A DNA stretch of 25,163 nucleotides. Source: Candidatus Hadarchaeum sp. (GTDB lineage Archaea > Hadarchaeota > Hadarchaeia > Hadarchaeales > Hadarchaeaceae). Made by a program: the position numbers and the translations under genes. The DNA lies in assembly GCF_038871235.1 (NCBI RefSeq), contig NZ_JAVZIN010000015.1, positions 1 to 25,163 of the forward strand, given 5' to 3'. The notes beneath the pieces were generated by a model. It did no database searches and was not told where the DNA came from. It saw only the letters and a program-made list of their open reading frames with translations. Of the stretch, positions 1 through 7,844 are shown one piece after another. The first letter of the stretch is position 1; each line of letters opens with the position of its first letter.

Positions 1-249
1 CGGGTCCTCAAAGTTAACGACGAGGGTGTCCTTTGGCTCAATGGTTCTCTGACTTCTCAGCTTCCGGATGAAGAGATATGCGAGAGAAGATTTACCGGCC
101 CTCCTTACCCCAAGCAGGATCGTGGCAGCTCCTTTGCCGAATATCTCTTCCAGTTTGGAAAGGTACGCGGTTCGCGCCCTGAGATCCTCCCTGAAACTCC
201 CCCAGAAGTTCCAATCGGTGAGAATTTCCATTATTTTCGCTTCTTCCAC
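1..249 (-). CDS. AAA+ ATPase, COG1373 / AAA_14-DUF4143 type; N-terminal part, runs off the window edge
   Basis: Not in the ORF track. Hand translation from GTG 249 (alternative ATG 231): (M)EEAKIMEILTDWNFWG...TILLGVRRAGKSSLAY...TLVVNFEDP. Walker A GxRRxGKS, the N-terminal WNxW motif and NFEDP are typical of the family. Confidence 0.85.
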   Translation of the reverse strand, partial: MEEAKIMEILTDWNFWGSFREDLRARTAYLSKLEEIFGKGAATILLGVRRAGKSSLAYLFIRKLRSQRTIEPKDTLVVNFEDP

Positions 250-251
250 GT

Positions 252-311
252 TTTGAAATGGGGTTTTCAAATATATAAGTATATCGGTTAATTTTTAATT
301 AAAATTACCGA
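252..311 (-). promoter_or_regulatory. TATA box of the ATPase gene flanked by two inverted repeats (putative operators)
   Basis: TTATATAT on the minus strand at 271-278, about 22 nt above GTG 249. Inverted repeats TTTGAAA-N6-TTTCAAA (252-271) and TCGGTAA-N14-TTACCGA (284-311). Confidence 0.6.
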
Positions 312-656
312 CATATTGAAATTTCGACCTCCTAAAAACCACTCAGACCGATCTGCGTGCAATTTCGTGCCTCCCCCTCCCCCCAGCAGGAAATGGTGAA
401 GAGATCAGGATCAACAGAATGCGCCGGGGGGGTCACCTACGACTTCGTTTAAAATGACGTATTTTATTAAACATGATAAATTTGGGGATTTACACCCGTA
501 GGTAGCTCCCTTTCATTTGCACCCTGCCTACAGTATGGCTCCACCTAGCTGGCCCCTCGTCACAATCCTCATCCGAAGCCTATCGACCAACTTTAACCTA
601 AATCTGCATGTGTTCGAAATTTTTGAAACAGGCGAAAAATGTTCAGCACCGACCTC

Positions 657-788
657 TCACCCTCCACGGCCACCCTCAAGTAGCCACCTCAACGGTGGCA
701 GGAACTTCACCTTTTCCCAAACTCCCTTCCCGCCTCCAGGGTTTTCGGTCAAAACCAACACCTTGCGCAGCCGAAACCCAAAGTCCAT
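657..788 (-). pseudogene. 43-codon ORF resembling the extreme C-terminus of a COG1373/DUF4143 ATPase (gene remnant)
   Basis: MDFGFRLRKVLVLTENPGGGKGVWEKVKFLPPLRWLLEGGRGG*. Resembles the recalled family ending 'liiT.d.e....i.fiPlwkWLL'. GGAGGT lies just upstream of the ATG. Confidence 0.4.
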
Positions 789-861
789 GAAAAATACCTC
801 CTCAAAGAAACTTACCCCAACTCAGCACGCCGATAAATCACGTCTCCAGCGCTTTCCGGCT

Positions 862-1632
862 TTATCCCTTCCTTCTGATCAGCTTCTTCAGCAGCAGCCG
901 CCGCCTGCTGACCACCGGCTTGATGTGCTTCCATTTCATCCGCTTCATCACCGCCTCCGCCAGCTGAAAGTCCATCTTGGTGTCAATGGTGATCGAGCGC
1001 TCCGGCGGCATCAGATAGGGACAGCTGATCCTCCCCTTGAATGAGTTCTGATTCACCAGCACGTCGCGCCTCACCGCGTAGATGGCCTCATTCCTCAGGT
1101 AAACTGGAGGCAGCAGCTTCTTGGGCATGTTCTCCACCTCCTCCTCCACATAGTCGATCAGCCGGTCGTGGACAATCTTCTTCATCCTCATCGGGTGGCA
1201 GGACCCAACCTTGGTCACCGAAATCACCGAATCAGCTCCGGTCTCGATCAGCTTGCGCAGCGCCCGGTCGATGTCAGCTGTGGTCCGGAGAGGAGTCGTG
1301 GGGGACAGCACCACCACATAATCGTACTTCTTGCCCTCCTGCTTCTCCACCTCCAGCACCGCATGCTTCACCACATCGGTGAGCAGCGAGAGGTCGTCGG
1401 CAAGTTCCTTGGGCCGGACGAAGGGGACCTCGGCGCCATAGTTCCTCGCCACCTCGAGAACCTCCTCATCCTCCGAGGAAACGACCAGCCGGGTAAGCAA
1501 CTTGCATTCCCGCGCCGGAACGATGGTATAAGCAATCAGAGGGCGACCCAGCAAGGATTTGATGTTCTGCTTGGGGATCGGCTTCGACCCGCCCCGAGCC
1601 GGTATCACGCCCAGTATCCGGTATCTCCTCAT
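862..1632 (-). CDS. neuA: NeuA-like acylneuraminate (CMP-nonulosonate) cytidylyltransferase homologue with altered active-site motifs
   Basis: IPARGGSK, PLIAYTI, FVRPKELADD, PTTPLR, ADSVISV, IDTxxDF. Start reassigned to ATG 1632, which has a GAGGAGG RBS and lies 10 nt after the neuB-like stop. Confidence 0.88.
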   Translation of the reverse strand: MRRYRILGVIPARGGSKPIPKQNIKSLLGRPLIAYTIVPARECKLLTRLVVSSEDEEVLEVARNYGAEVPFVRPKELADDLSLLTDVVKHAVLEVEKQEGKKYDYVVVLSPTTPLRTTADIDRALRKLIETGADSVISVTKVGSCHPMRMKKIVHDRLIDYVEEEVENMPKKLLPPVYLRNEAIYAVRRDVLVNQNSFKGRISCPYLMPPERSITIDTKMDFQLAEAVMKRMKWKHIKPVVSRRRLLLKKLIRRKG

Positions 1633-1642
1633 CTGGGCCTCC

Positions 1643-2593
1643 TCAGAATACCTTCTTTTCCTCCCAATTAAACACCACCATTCCTCTGACCCGGCTGGCA
1701 AACCGACCCCGGTAGTAGTCCCGGTTAAGCAGCTCTTCCTGACTAAGCTCCGGATGTCTGACCCCTTTCATCGCCTCAAACTCGGGAATTCGGCGTACCA
1801 GCTCCTCAAGCTCCTCCCTGTCCATCTTGGCATAGCTGACGAGTTCCTTCAACTGGACAGGGTCGACTGACATTGGCCCCTCAGATGTCAAGGTACGATC
1901 TAAGATGGTAAACGGTTTCTGAATGACATCAGCGCCGAGGTAGAGCGCGGCTATCGAGGCCTTCAGCCCATCGCGCTCGACCAGCGAGTGGTCGCTGAAC
2001 CCAACGCTCCTGGTGAACTTCCTCAGATAGTTCATCCGGGCCAGGTTCATCCTCTCCAGCGGCGTGGGGTAAAGGGCCACCGAGTGAAGTAAAGTAAAGC
2101 TACGCCCTTTCAATACCCTCGCGGCCCCCTCCACCTCCCCGTCAAGGGCAGCTTCGGTGGAAATGAAGAGGTGGTCAAAGCGCTCGGCCAGCTCCCTGAT
2201 CATCGGATAGCTGGCGCAGTCATAGCCGCACACGCCTATCTCCCGCCAAGGCAAGCTGGCCAGAAATGGTATCCTGGAGCGGGTGTAGACCGTCGTCAGC
2301 GGCTTTATGCCCGCCGAGCGGCACTCGTCGATGAAGATCTGATGAGCCTCATCGCTCAGGTCCAGCGGCTTCAGGCGCTGATACTCCTCACGGTAAGGGC
2401 GCTTGATCGCATACACCCTGCCCCTCTCCACTCGCCCCTGCTCAAACCGCTCCCGGTAGACGAGGTCATCGGCCTTCATGGAATGAATCAGAACATAGTC
2501 CGCCCCGGCCTCGGCGGCGGCCCGCACCATCTCCTTCAGCGTCTCCAAGCTTCCCCGGTGATTCTGGCCCAGGTCGGCTATTACCTTTGCCAT
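1643..2593 (-). CDS. neuB: NeuB-like N-acetylneuraminate/nonulosonate synthase homologue, short form without SAF/antifreeze domain, degenerate active site
   Basis: IADLGQNHRG, AGADYV, ISTE, LHSVALYPTP, GFSDHS, GADVIQKPFT match the NeuB TIM-barrel motif order. Start ATG 2593 or 2599; TTATTAAT box at 2625-2632. Confidence 0.88.
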   Translation of the reverse strand: MAKVIADLGQNHRGSLETLKEMVRAAAEAGADYVLIHSMKADDLVYRERFEQGRVERGRVYAIKRPYREEYQRLKPLDLSDEAHQIFIDECRSAGIKPLTTVYTRSRIPFLASLPWREIGVCGYDCASYPMIRELAERFDHLFISTEAALDGEVEGAARVLKGRSFTLLHSVALYPTPLERMNLARMNYLRKFTRSVGFSDHSLVERDGLKASIAALYLGADVIQKPFTILDRTLTSEGPMSVDPVQLKELVSYAKMDREELEELVRRIPEFEAMKGVRHPELSQEELLNRDYYRGRFASRVRGMVVFNWEEKKVF

Positions 2594-2644
2594 CCCCATC
2601 CACAGATTCAAAAATCAGCCGGCGATTAATAAGAGTTCTGAATT

Positions 2645-3304
2645 TCAACCGTAGAGCGCCCGGAGCTTGATCAACCGGAGGAAGATCCTGATGCCGCTGG
2701 CTATCGTCGTCCCCCTCGCCTTGGAATAATCGGTAAAATAGCACTTGACTGGTACCTCCCTGATCCTGAGGCCGTTTCTCCTAGCATTGATGACGATCTC
2801 AGAGGAGACCTCATAGCGATCACTCCTGATCTTGATGGTCTCCAGAGCCCTCCGGCTGAACGCCCTCATCCCTGACTGAGAATCCAGCAGGGGCCCACCC
2901 ATCAGCCTCGTGATCAGATTGAGCATGAAGTTGCCGAAGCGTTTATTCAGCGGGACATTGACGAACCGCCTAGAACCGATGACGAGGTCGGCCCCGTCAA
3001 TCGCCTCAACCATCCGCCTCACCTCTTTTGGGTCGTGCTGGCCGTCGGCGTCAAAGGTCACCGCACAATCCGCCCCGCGCCTTAGCGCCTCCTCAAGGCC
3101 GGTGCGGAGGGCCGCGCCCAGGCCCAAGTTCCGCTCGTGGCTGACGACCACCGTGCCCTTCGCCCTGGCAATCTCGGCCGTTCCATCCGTGGAGCCATCG
3201 TCAACCACGATAATGTTTTTCCAGCCCTCCCGGTGAAGGCCGTCAATCACCCCGCCGATGGTTCGCGCCTCATTTCTCGCCGGCATCACTATCCAGCACT
3301 TCAC
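2645..3304 (-). CDS. GT2 family glycosyltransferase, dolichol-phosphate sugar synthase-like
   Basis: MPARNE, VVDDGSTDGT, NLGLGAA, FDADGQHDP, GSR, DSQSGMRAF. GTG start overlaps the upstream TGA (GTGA). Confidence 0.92.
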   Translation of the reverse strand: MKCWIVMPARNEARTIGGVIDGLHREGWKNIIVVDDGSTDGTAEIARAKGTVVVSHERNLGLGAALRTGLEEALRRGADCAVTFDADGQHDPKEVRRMVEAIDGADLVIGSRRFVNVPLNKRFGNFMLNLITRLMGGPLLDSQSGMRAFSRRALETIKIRSDRYEVSSEIVINARRNGLRIREVPVKCYFTDYSKARGTTIASGIRIFLRLIKLRALYG

Positions 3305-4239
3305 CTCAAGACCCCCTGTGTCCGCAACAGCATCTTGACGCCGCTCTCGACTGACACCTTGGGCCTGAAGCCGAGCAGCTCCCGGGCCTTAGTGATGTCC
3401 GCCTGACTATGCCTGATGTCCCCAGGACGGGCGGCCTCGTATCTAGGCCTCAATTTGGGCCTTCTCGCCAGCTTGAGAAAGAGCTCACAGAGTTCATTTA
3501 CGCTCGTCCGCCTCATCGTCCCCACGTTGATTGCCTCCCCTTCCACCCCGGGCCTTTCCAGCGCCAGCAGCGTGGCCCCCACCACATCGGTCACGTAAAT
3601 AAAGTCCCGGGTCTGGTTCCCATCACCGTAGATCACCGGTGGTTGGTTCTCCCGCAATCTCTCGATGAACTTCAGCATCACCCCGGCATAATCACCGCCC
3701 GTCTGCCTAGGTCCGTAAACGTTGAAGTAACGGAGTGAAACCACGGGAAAAGCGTTCGCCTCAAAGAAGGCAAGACAGGCCCTCTCCGCCTCAAGCTTGG
3801 AGCTGGCGTAGGGCGACAGTGGTTCCGGTGGTGTCTCCTCCTTTATCGGCAGCTTCTTCGCCTCCCCGTAGATAGCACAGGAAGAGGCAAAGACGAACCT
3901 GGTGACGCCAGCTTCCAAGCTGGCTCTGAGTAGTGTGAGCGTCCCCTCCACGTTGACCTCATGGGTCAAGGCCGGCTCCTTGAGGGAAAGCGGCACGCTG
4001 ATCAGAGCCGCCAAGTGCACCACGGCCTCAGCACCATCCAAGGCACTTCTCACCGCCTCCTGATCCCTGACATCGCCCCTGACCAACCTGAAATTTTTAT
4101 TATCCAGATGGTGGGAGATGTTCCCCTCTGAACCGGTGGAGAAGTTATCCAGCACCGTGACGGAGTAGCCCCGGGACAGCAAAGCGTCAACCAGATGGGA
4201 GCCGATGAACCCGGCGCCTCCCGTGACCAGCACCCTCAT
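3301..4239 (-). CDS. NAD-dependent nucleotide-sugar epimerase/dehydratase (extended SDR, GalE/WbpP-like)
   Basis: Start reassigned to ATG 4239 (MRVLVTGGAGFIGSH). HLAA, SSCAIYG, catalytic YASSK, LRYFNVYGPRQ, GDGNQTRDF. Confidence 0.94.
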   Translation of the reverse strand: MRVLVTGGAGFIGSHLVDALLSRGYSVTVLDNFSTGSEGNISHHLDNKNFRLVRGDVRDQEAVRSALDGAEAVVHLAALISVPLSLKEPALTHEVNVEGTLTLLRASLEAGVTRFVFASSCAIYGEAKKLPIKEETPPEPLSPYASSKLEAERACLAFFEANAFPVVSLRYFNVYGPRQTGGDYAGVMLKFIERLRENQPPVIYGDGNQTRDFIYVTDVVGATLLALERPGVEGEAINVGTMRRTSVNELCELFLKLARRPKLRPRYEAARPGDIRHSQADITKARELLGFRPKVSVESGVKMLLRTQGVLR

Positions 4240-4306
4240 CTTATCCCTACCCCTATTTTCGTTTACGTTAAAATAGACAAAGTCATATTCAAGGTTTGGG
4301 AAAGAC

Positions 4307-4717
4307 ATGAAAACTTGGTCCAAGGAATTCACCATCTCCACGCGAAAGCAATGTGAAGTGGTCGACGTTACCGACAGGGTGCTTTCGGCCGTTCGCGAAT
4401 CGGGCGTCAAGAACGGGCTACTTCTAGTCCTGCTGCCCCACGCAACCGCAACCCTAGTACTCAACGAGGATGAAGGTGGCTTGAAGCAGGACCTCCTCGA
4501 CAGGCTCAACCATCTGGTACCTAAGGAAGGAGACTACCTCCACGATAGGATTGACGATAACGCTCACGCTCATCTCAAATCCGCCTTATTCAGCTCCGTA
4601 CCGGTGCTCCCAATCGTGGAGGGCAGGGTGATAAAAGGAACCTGGCAGAATTTTCTCCTCATCGAGGGGGACGGCCCCCGCAACCGGAGAGTGGTGGTTT
4701 TTGTCATGGGTGAATAG
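4307..4717 (+). CDS. yjbQ: YjbQ / UPF0047 family protein (secondary thiamine-phosphate synthase family)
   Basis: VDVTD, PHATA, NEDE, HDRIDDNAHAHLK, GTWQ, E.DGPRNR motifs. Confidence 0.92.
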   Translation: MKTWSKEFTISTRKQCEVVDVTDRVLSAVRESGVKNGLLLVLLPHATATLVLNEDEGGLKQDLLDRLNHLVPKEGDYLHDRIDDNAHAHLKSALFSSVPVLPIVEGRVIKGTWQNFLLIEGDGPRNRRVVVFVMGE

Positions 4718-5281
4718 ATGGCCGTACTTTACTTAGATATCGAGACCAGTGCCAAGACCGCCAACGAGGGGATGGTCATTGCCATTGGAGTGATGACTGA
4801 GGGGGAACCCGAGGTCAGATTCTGCGACACCTTTGAGGAGGAGCGGAGGACCTTGGAGTGGTTCAAGGAGAAACTGGAAAACTGCGACCTGCTGGTCACC
4901 TGGTTTGGCACGGGGTTCGATGTCCCCTTCCTGCTCAGCCGGGCTTTGATCCACGGCGTTGACCTGAGCCAGCTGGCCGAGGTTCCGATGCTGGACCTCT
5001 ATGAGTGGTCCCGGGCCAAGCTGCTGCTCTCCAGCTACAGCCTAGATTCGGTGGTCCGATTTCTCGGCATCAGCGGGGGCAAGGGATTCAAGGAATTCCA
5101 CGGCAGCGACATCCAGGCCCTTTTCAAGCTGGCGGAGCGCGGCGACTTGGAGTCACGACGTCTGATTGTCGAGCACTGCCGGGAGGACGTCAGGGTGCTG
5201 AAGTTGGTTCACGACAGGCTGAAGCCGCTGGTAGAGCGCTCGGGATGGGGATCGCCACGGAAGAGCTGGAGAGAAGAATAA
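4718..5281 (+). CDS. RNase H-fold DEDD-type 3'-5' exonuclease-like protein (RNase_H_2 / YprB-like)
   Basis: LYLDIET (Exo I), VTWFGTGFDVPFL (Exo II), HCREDV (Exo III). ATG directly follows the yjbQ stop. Confidence 0.85.
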   Translation: MAVLYLDIETSAKTANEGMVIAIGVMTEGEPEVRFCDTFEEERRTLEWFKEKLENCDLLVTWFGTGFDVPFLLSRALIHGVDLSQLAEVPMLDLYEWSRAKLLLSSYSLDSVVRFLGISGGKGFKEFHGSDIQALFKLAERGDLESRRLIVEHCREDVRVLKLVHDRLKPLVERSGWGSPRKSWREE

Positions 5282-5832
5282 GGACCTGCACCCTCTGCAG
5301 ACTTCACCGGAACCGGAAAAACGCGGTGCCGGGGGAGGGGCCGTATGATGCCCGCGTGATGCTGCTGGGTGAGGCTCCAGGAAGAAATGAAGATCTCCGA
5401 GGCATCCCCTTTTGCGGCGCGGCGGGTAAATTTTTGGACGAACTCCTAGAAATCGCCGGTCTGAAACGCGAGGAGGTTTACATCACCAACACGGTCAAGT
5501 GCCGTCCTCCTCAAAACCGTGCCCCCCGTGACGATGAGATCAAAATCTGCGCCTCAAAATACCTGAAAAAGCAAGTAAAAATTGTTAGGCCGGAGTTAAT
5601 CGTGGTGCTAGGCCGGACAGCCGCCAAAGCCCTGCTAGGTAAGGAGATCCCCATTACGGCAAACCATGGAAAAGTGATGACAGTTAAATTCGCGGGTTTG
5701 AATTTCCTGATCTTCCTCACCTACCACCCGGCCGCCGCTCTTTACGGAGCGAGAACGAGATCAAAATTGAGGGAAGATTTTGCCAAGCTCGCCGAGGTGC
5801 TGAAAACAGCCAGAATACCACGACCCAAATAA
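5245..5832 (+). CDS. udg: Family 4 uracil-DNA glycosylase (4Fe-4S)
   Basis: Start reassigned to ATG 5245. CTLC, VPGEG, GEAPGRNE, PFCGAAG, NTVKCRPPQNR, fourth Cys in KICAS, TYHPAA. Confidence 0.95.
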   Translation: MGIATEELERRIRTCTLCRLHRNRKNAVPGEGPYDARVMLLGEAPGRNEDLRGIPFCGAAGKFLDELLEIAGLKREEVYITNTVKCRPPQNRAPRDDEIKICASKYLKKQVKIVRPELIVVLGRTAAKALLGKEIPITANHGKVMTVKFAGLNFLIFLTYHPAAALYGARTRSKLREDFAKLAEVLKTARIPRPK

Positions 5833-5904
5833 AACCGATTTTAAAGCCAAAGCAGTGGTTATTTAAACGCTGAATATGAGTTTAAACCAAAATAAAAGGA
5901 GGAT

Positions 5905-7749
5905 GTGAATATAAGGGAAAAAGGATTGGCCACAGCTGCCGTAATAGTGATTGTCATTGTAATCGTTGCTGTTATCGCTGGAGCCGCTTTGATGCTGAGC
6001 CAACCAGCACCAACGACGACCACACCAACCACCTCGCCTACAACCACACCCACAACTACACCAACCACCTCACCCACGACCAAAATCGTGAAGAATCCGG
6101 ACACGCTGATCTACGCCACTATCGGTGAGCAGGAAACCTTAGATCCGGCTTGGGCATACGACACCGCTAGTTCTGAGGTCATCATGAGTGTTTACGAGAG
6201 CCTGATCGCCTTCGACGGCACCCACACCGATAGATTTATCCCCAAGCTGGCAACCGAGGTGCCAACCGTCGCCAACGGCGGGATATCCGCGGACGGTCTG
6301 ACCTACAGGTTCAAGATCAGGAGCGGTGTTAAGTTCCACAACGGAAATGACCTGACCCCGGAAGACGTCGAGTACTCATTTGAGAGGGCGATGGTGCAGA
6401 ACCGTGACGGTGGTCCAGTGTGGATGCTTCTGGAGCCACTGATCGGAATCGAGGCTGCCTACGAACCTCTGACCTTCGAGCAGATCGACCAAGCGGTGGA
6501 AGTGGAGGGAGACTATGTGGTCTTCCACTTGGCGCAACCATACCCGCCATTCATGGCCATACTGGCGCAATCTTGGTCCTCGATTGTTGACAAGGAATGG
6601 TGCATCGAGCATGGTGACTGGCCGGGAACAGCGGACACCTGGAAGGACTACTACAACCCAGAAACCCCACCGTTGCAGGAAATAATGAACGGCACCGGAC
6701 CTTTCAAGCTCGACCGCTGGGAGCACGGAGTTCAAACAGTGCTAGTGAGAAACGATGACTACTGGGGAGGACCAGCGAAACTCAAGAACGTGGTTATCCA
6801 AGTAGTCCCGGAGTGGACCACCAGAAAGCTGATGTTCTTGGCCGGTGATGCCGACATCGTTGACGTGCCCCGACCAAACATCGCGGAGCTTGAGGGTGTT
6901 GAGGGCATTCGAGTCACAAAGGATCTCCCAACATTGATTGTCGACGCCATGTTCTTCACCATGAACATTGACCCCACCAGTGAGTGGATAGGTAGCGGAC
7001 AGCTCGACGGAAACGGCATCCCGCCCGACTTCTTCTCCGATAAAGATGTCCGGCTTGCCTTCGCCTACTCCTTTGACTACGAGTCCTTCCTGCGCGATGT
7101 TTACCTCGGTGAGGCAATCCAGCCAGCCTCTCCGGTGATAGAAGGGCTACCCTACCACAACCCGAATCAGGAGAAATACTACTTTGACCTAGCCAAGGCC
7201 GAGGAACACTTCAAGAACGCCTTCGGTGGTGAGGTCTGGGAGAAGGGATTCAAGATGACAATTCTGTACAACACCGGCAACGAGCCCAGAAGGATTGCCG
7301 CGGAAATTCTCAAGAACAACATTGAGAGCCTCAACCCGAAGTTCTCCATTGAGGTGGCGGCAAGGGACTGGGGCACTTATCTCGGTGAAATGGTCCACAG
7401 CAAGCTTACCCTATACATAATAGGCTGGATGGCTGACTACCCGGATCCACACAACTTCGTTCACCCATTCATGCATAGCGCGGGTGCCTTCTCTGCCTGG
7501 CAGGGCTACTCGAATCCCACCGTGGATGAACTCATCCAGCGGGGAATAAGCGAAATTGATCCCGCAAAAAGGCAGGAGATTTACTATGAGTTGCAGCGAA
7601 TCTACCATGAGGATGTCCCGAGCGTCCCGATTGACCAAGCACTTGGGCGCCACTTCGAGAGAGATTGGGTGCAGGGTTGGATCTACAACCCGATATGGCC
7701 CGGCGAACCGGCACTTTGTGACCCCTACCTGCTTTGGAAAGGTTACTGA
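5905..7749 (+). CDS. dppA: Peptide/oligosaccharide ABC transporter substrate-binding protein (SBP family 5), class III-like signal peptide, Thr/Pro linker
   Basis: GGAGG RBS with GTG start; TLDPA, FKIRSGVKFHNG, EDVEYSFER, GTGPFKL, GWMADYPDP. Confidence 0.93.
   Translation: MNIREKGLATAAVIVIVIVIVAVIAGAALMLSQPAPTTTTPTTSPTTTPTTTPTTSPTTKIVKNPDTLIYATIGEQETLDPAWAYDTASSEVIMSVYESLIAFDGTHTDRFIPKLATEVPTVANGGISADGLTYRFKIRSGVKFHNGNDLTPEDVEYSFERAMVQNRDGGPVWMLLEPLIGIEAAYEPLTFEQIDQAVEVEGDYVVFHLAQPYPPFMAILAQSWSSIVDKEWCIEHGDWPGTADTWKDYYNPETPPLQEIMNGTGPFKLDRWEHGVQTVLVRNDDYWGGPAKLKNVVIQVVPEWTTRKLMFLAGDADIVDVPRPNIAELEGVEGIRVTKDLPTLIVDAMFFTMNIDPTSEWIGSGQLDGNGIPPDFFSDKDVRLAFAYSFDYESFLRDVYLGEAIQPASPVIEGLPYHNPNQEKYYFDLAKAEEHFKNAFGGEVWEKGFKMTILYNTGNEPRRIAAEILKNNIESLNPKFSIEVAARDWGTYLGEMVHSKLTLYIIGWMADYPDPHNFVHPFMHSAGAFSAWQGYSNPTVDELIQRGISEIDPAKRQEIYYELQRIYHEDVPSVPIDQALGRHFERDWVQGWIYNPIWPGEPALCDPYLLWKGY
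6010..6081 (+). repeat. Imperfect 12-nt tandem repeat encoding a PTT(T/S) linker, about 6 units
   Basis: Encodes PTTTTPTTSPTTTPTTTPTTSPTT; ACACCAACCACCTC occurs twice. Confidence 0.85.
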
Positions 7750-7753
7750 GATC

Positions 7754-7792
7754 GGGAAGGGTTAAACCAACCTTTCCCCTTTTTTATTTTTT
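7754..7792 (+). terminator. Stem-loop plus U-tract terminator after the SBP gene
   Basis: GGGAAGGGTT-aaacc-AACCTTTCCC (10 bp, one G-U pair) followed by CTTTTTTATTTTTT. Confidence 0.8.
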
Positions 7793-7844
7793 AAGCAATT
7801 AAAAGTAGCTAAAAAATTTGACTTCCAGCGGCAGGTAAACAGGC

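Noticed and set aside
435-503. Inverted pair ACCTACG / CGTAGGT as possible MITE ends
   Set aside because: Only 7 bp, no target-site duplication, no second copy and no transposase.
517-1044. 175-aa plus-strand ORF
   Set aside because: TTG start, Pro/Ser-rich with no recognisable motif, and antisense to the neuA-like 3' end.
4240-4509. 90-aa N-terminal extension of the epimerase in the ORF track
   Set aside because: Overlaps the divergent yjbQ gene; the Rossmann motif begins right after ATG 4239.
5005-5244. N-terminal extension of UDG
   Set aside because: Lies inside the exonuclease gene in another frame; the UDG domain starts at ATG 5245.
6010-6081. Tandem repeat as a CRISPR or contingency locus
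   Set aside because: In-frame, synonymously diverged coding repeat for a Thr/Pro linker, with no spacers.
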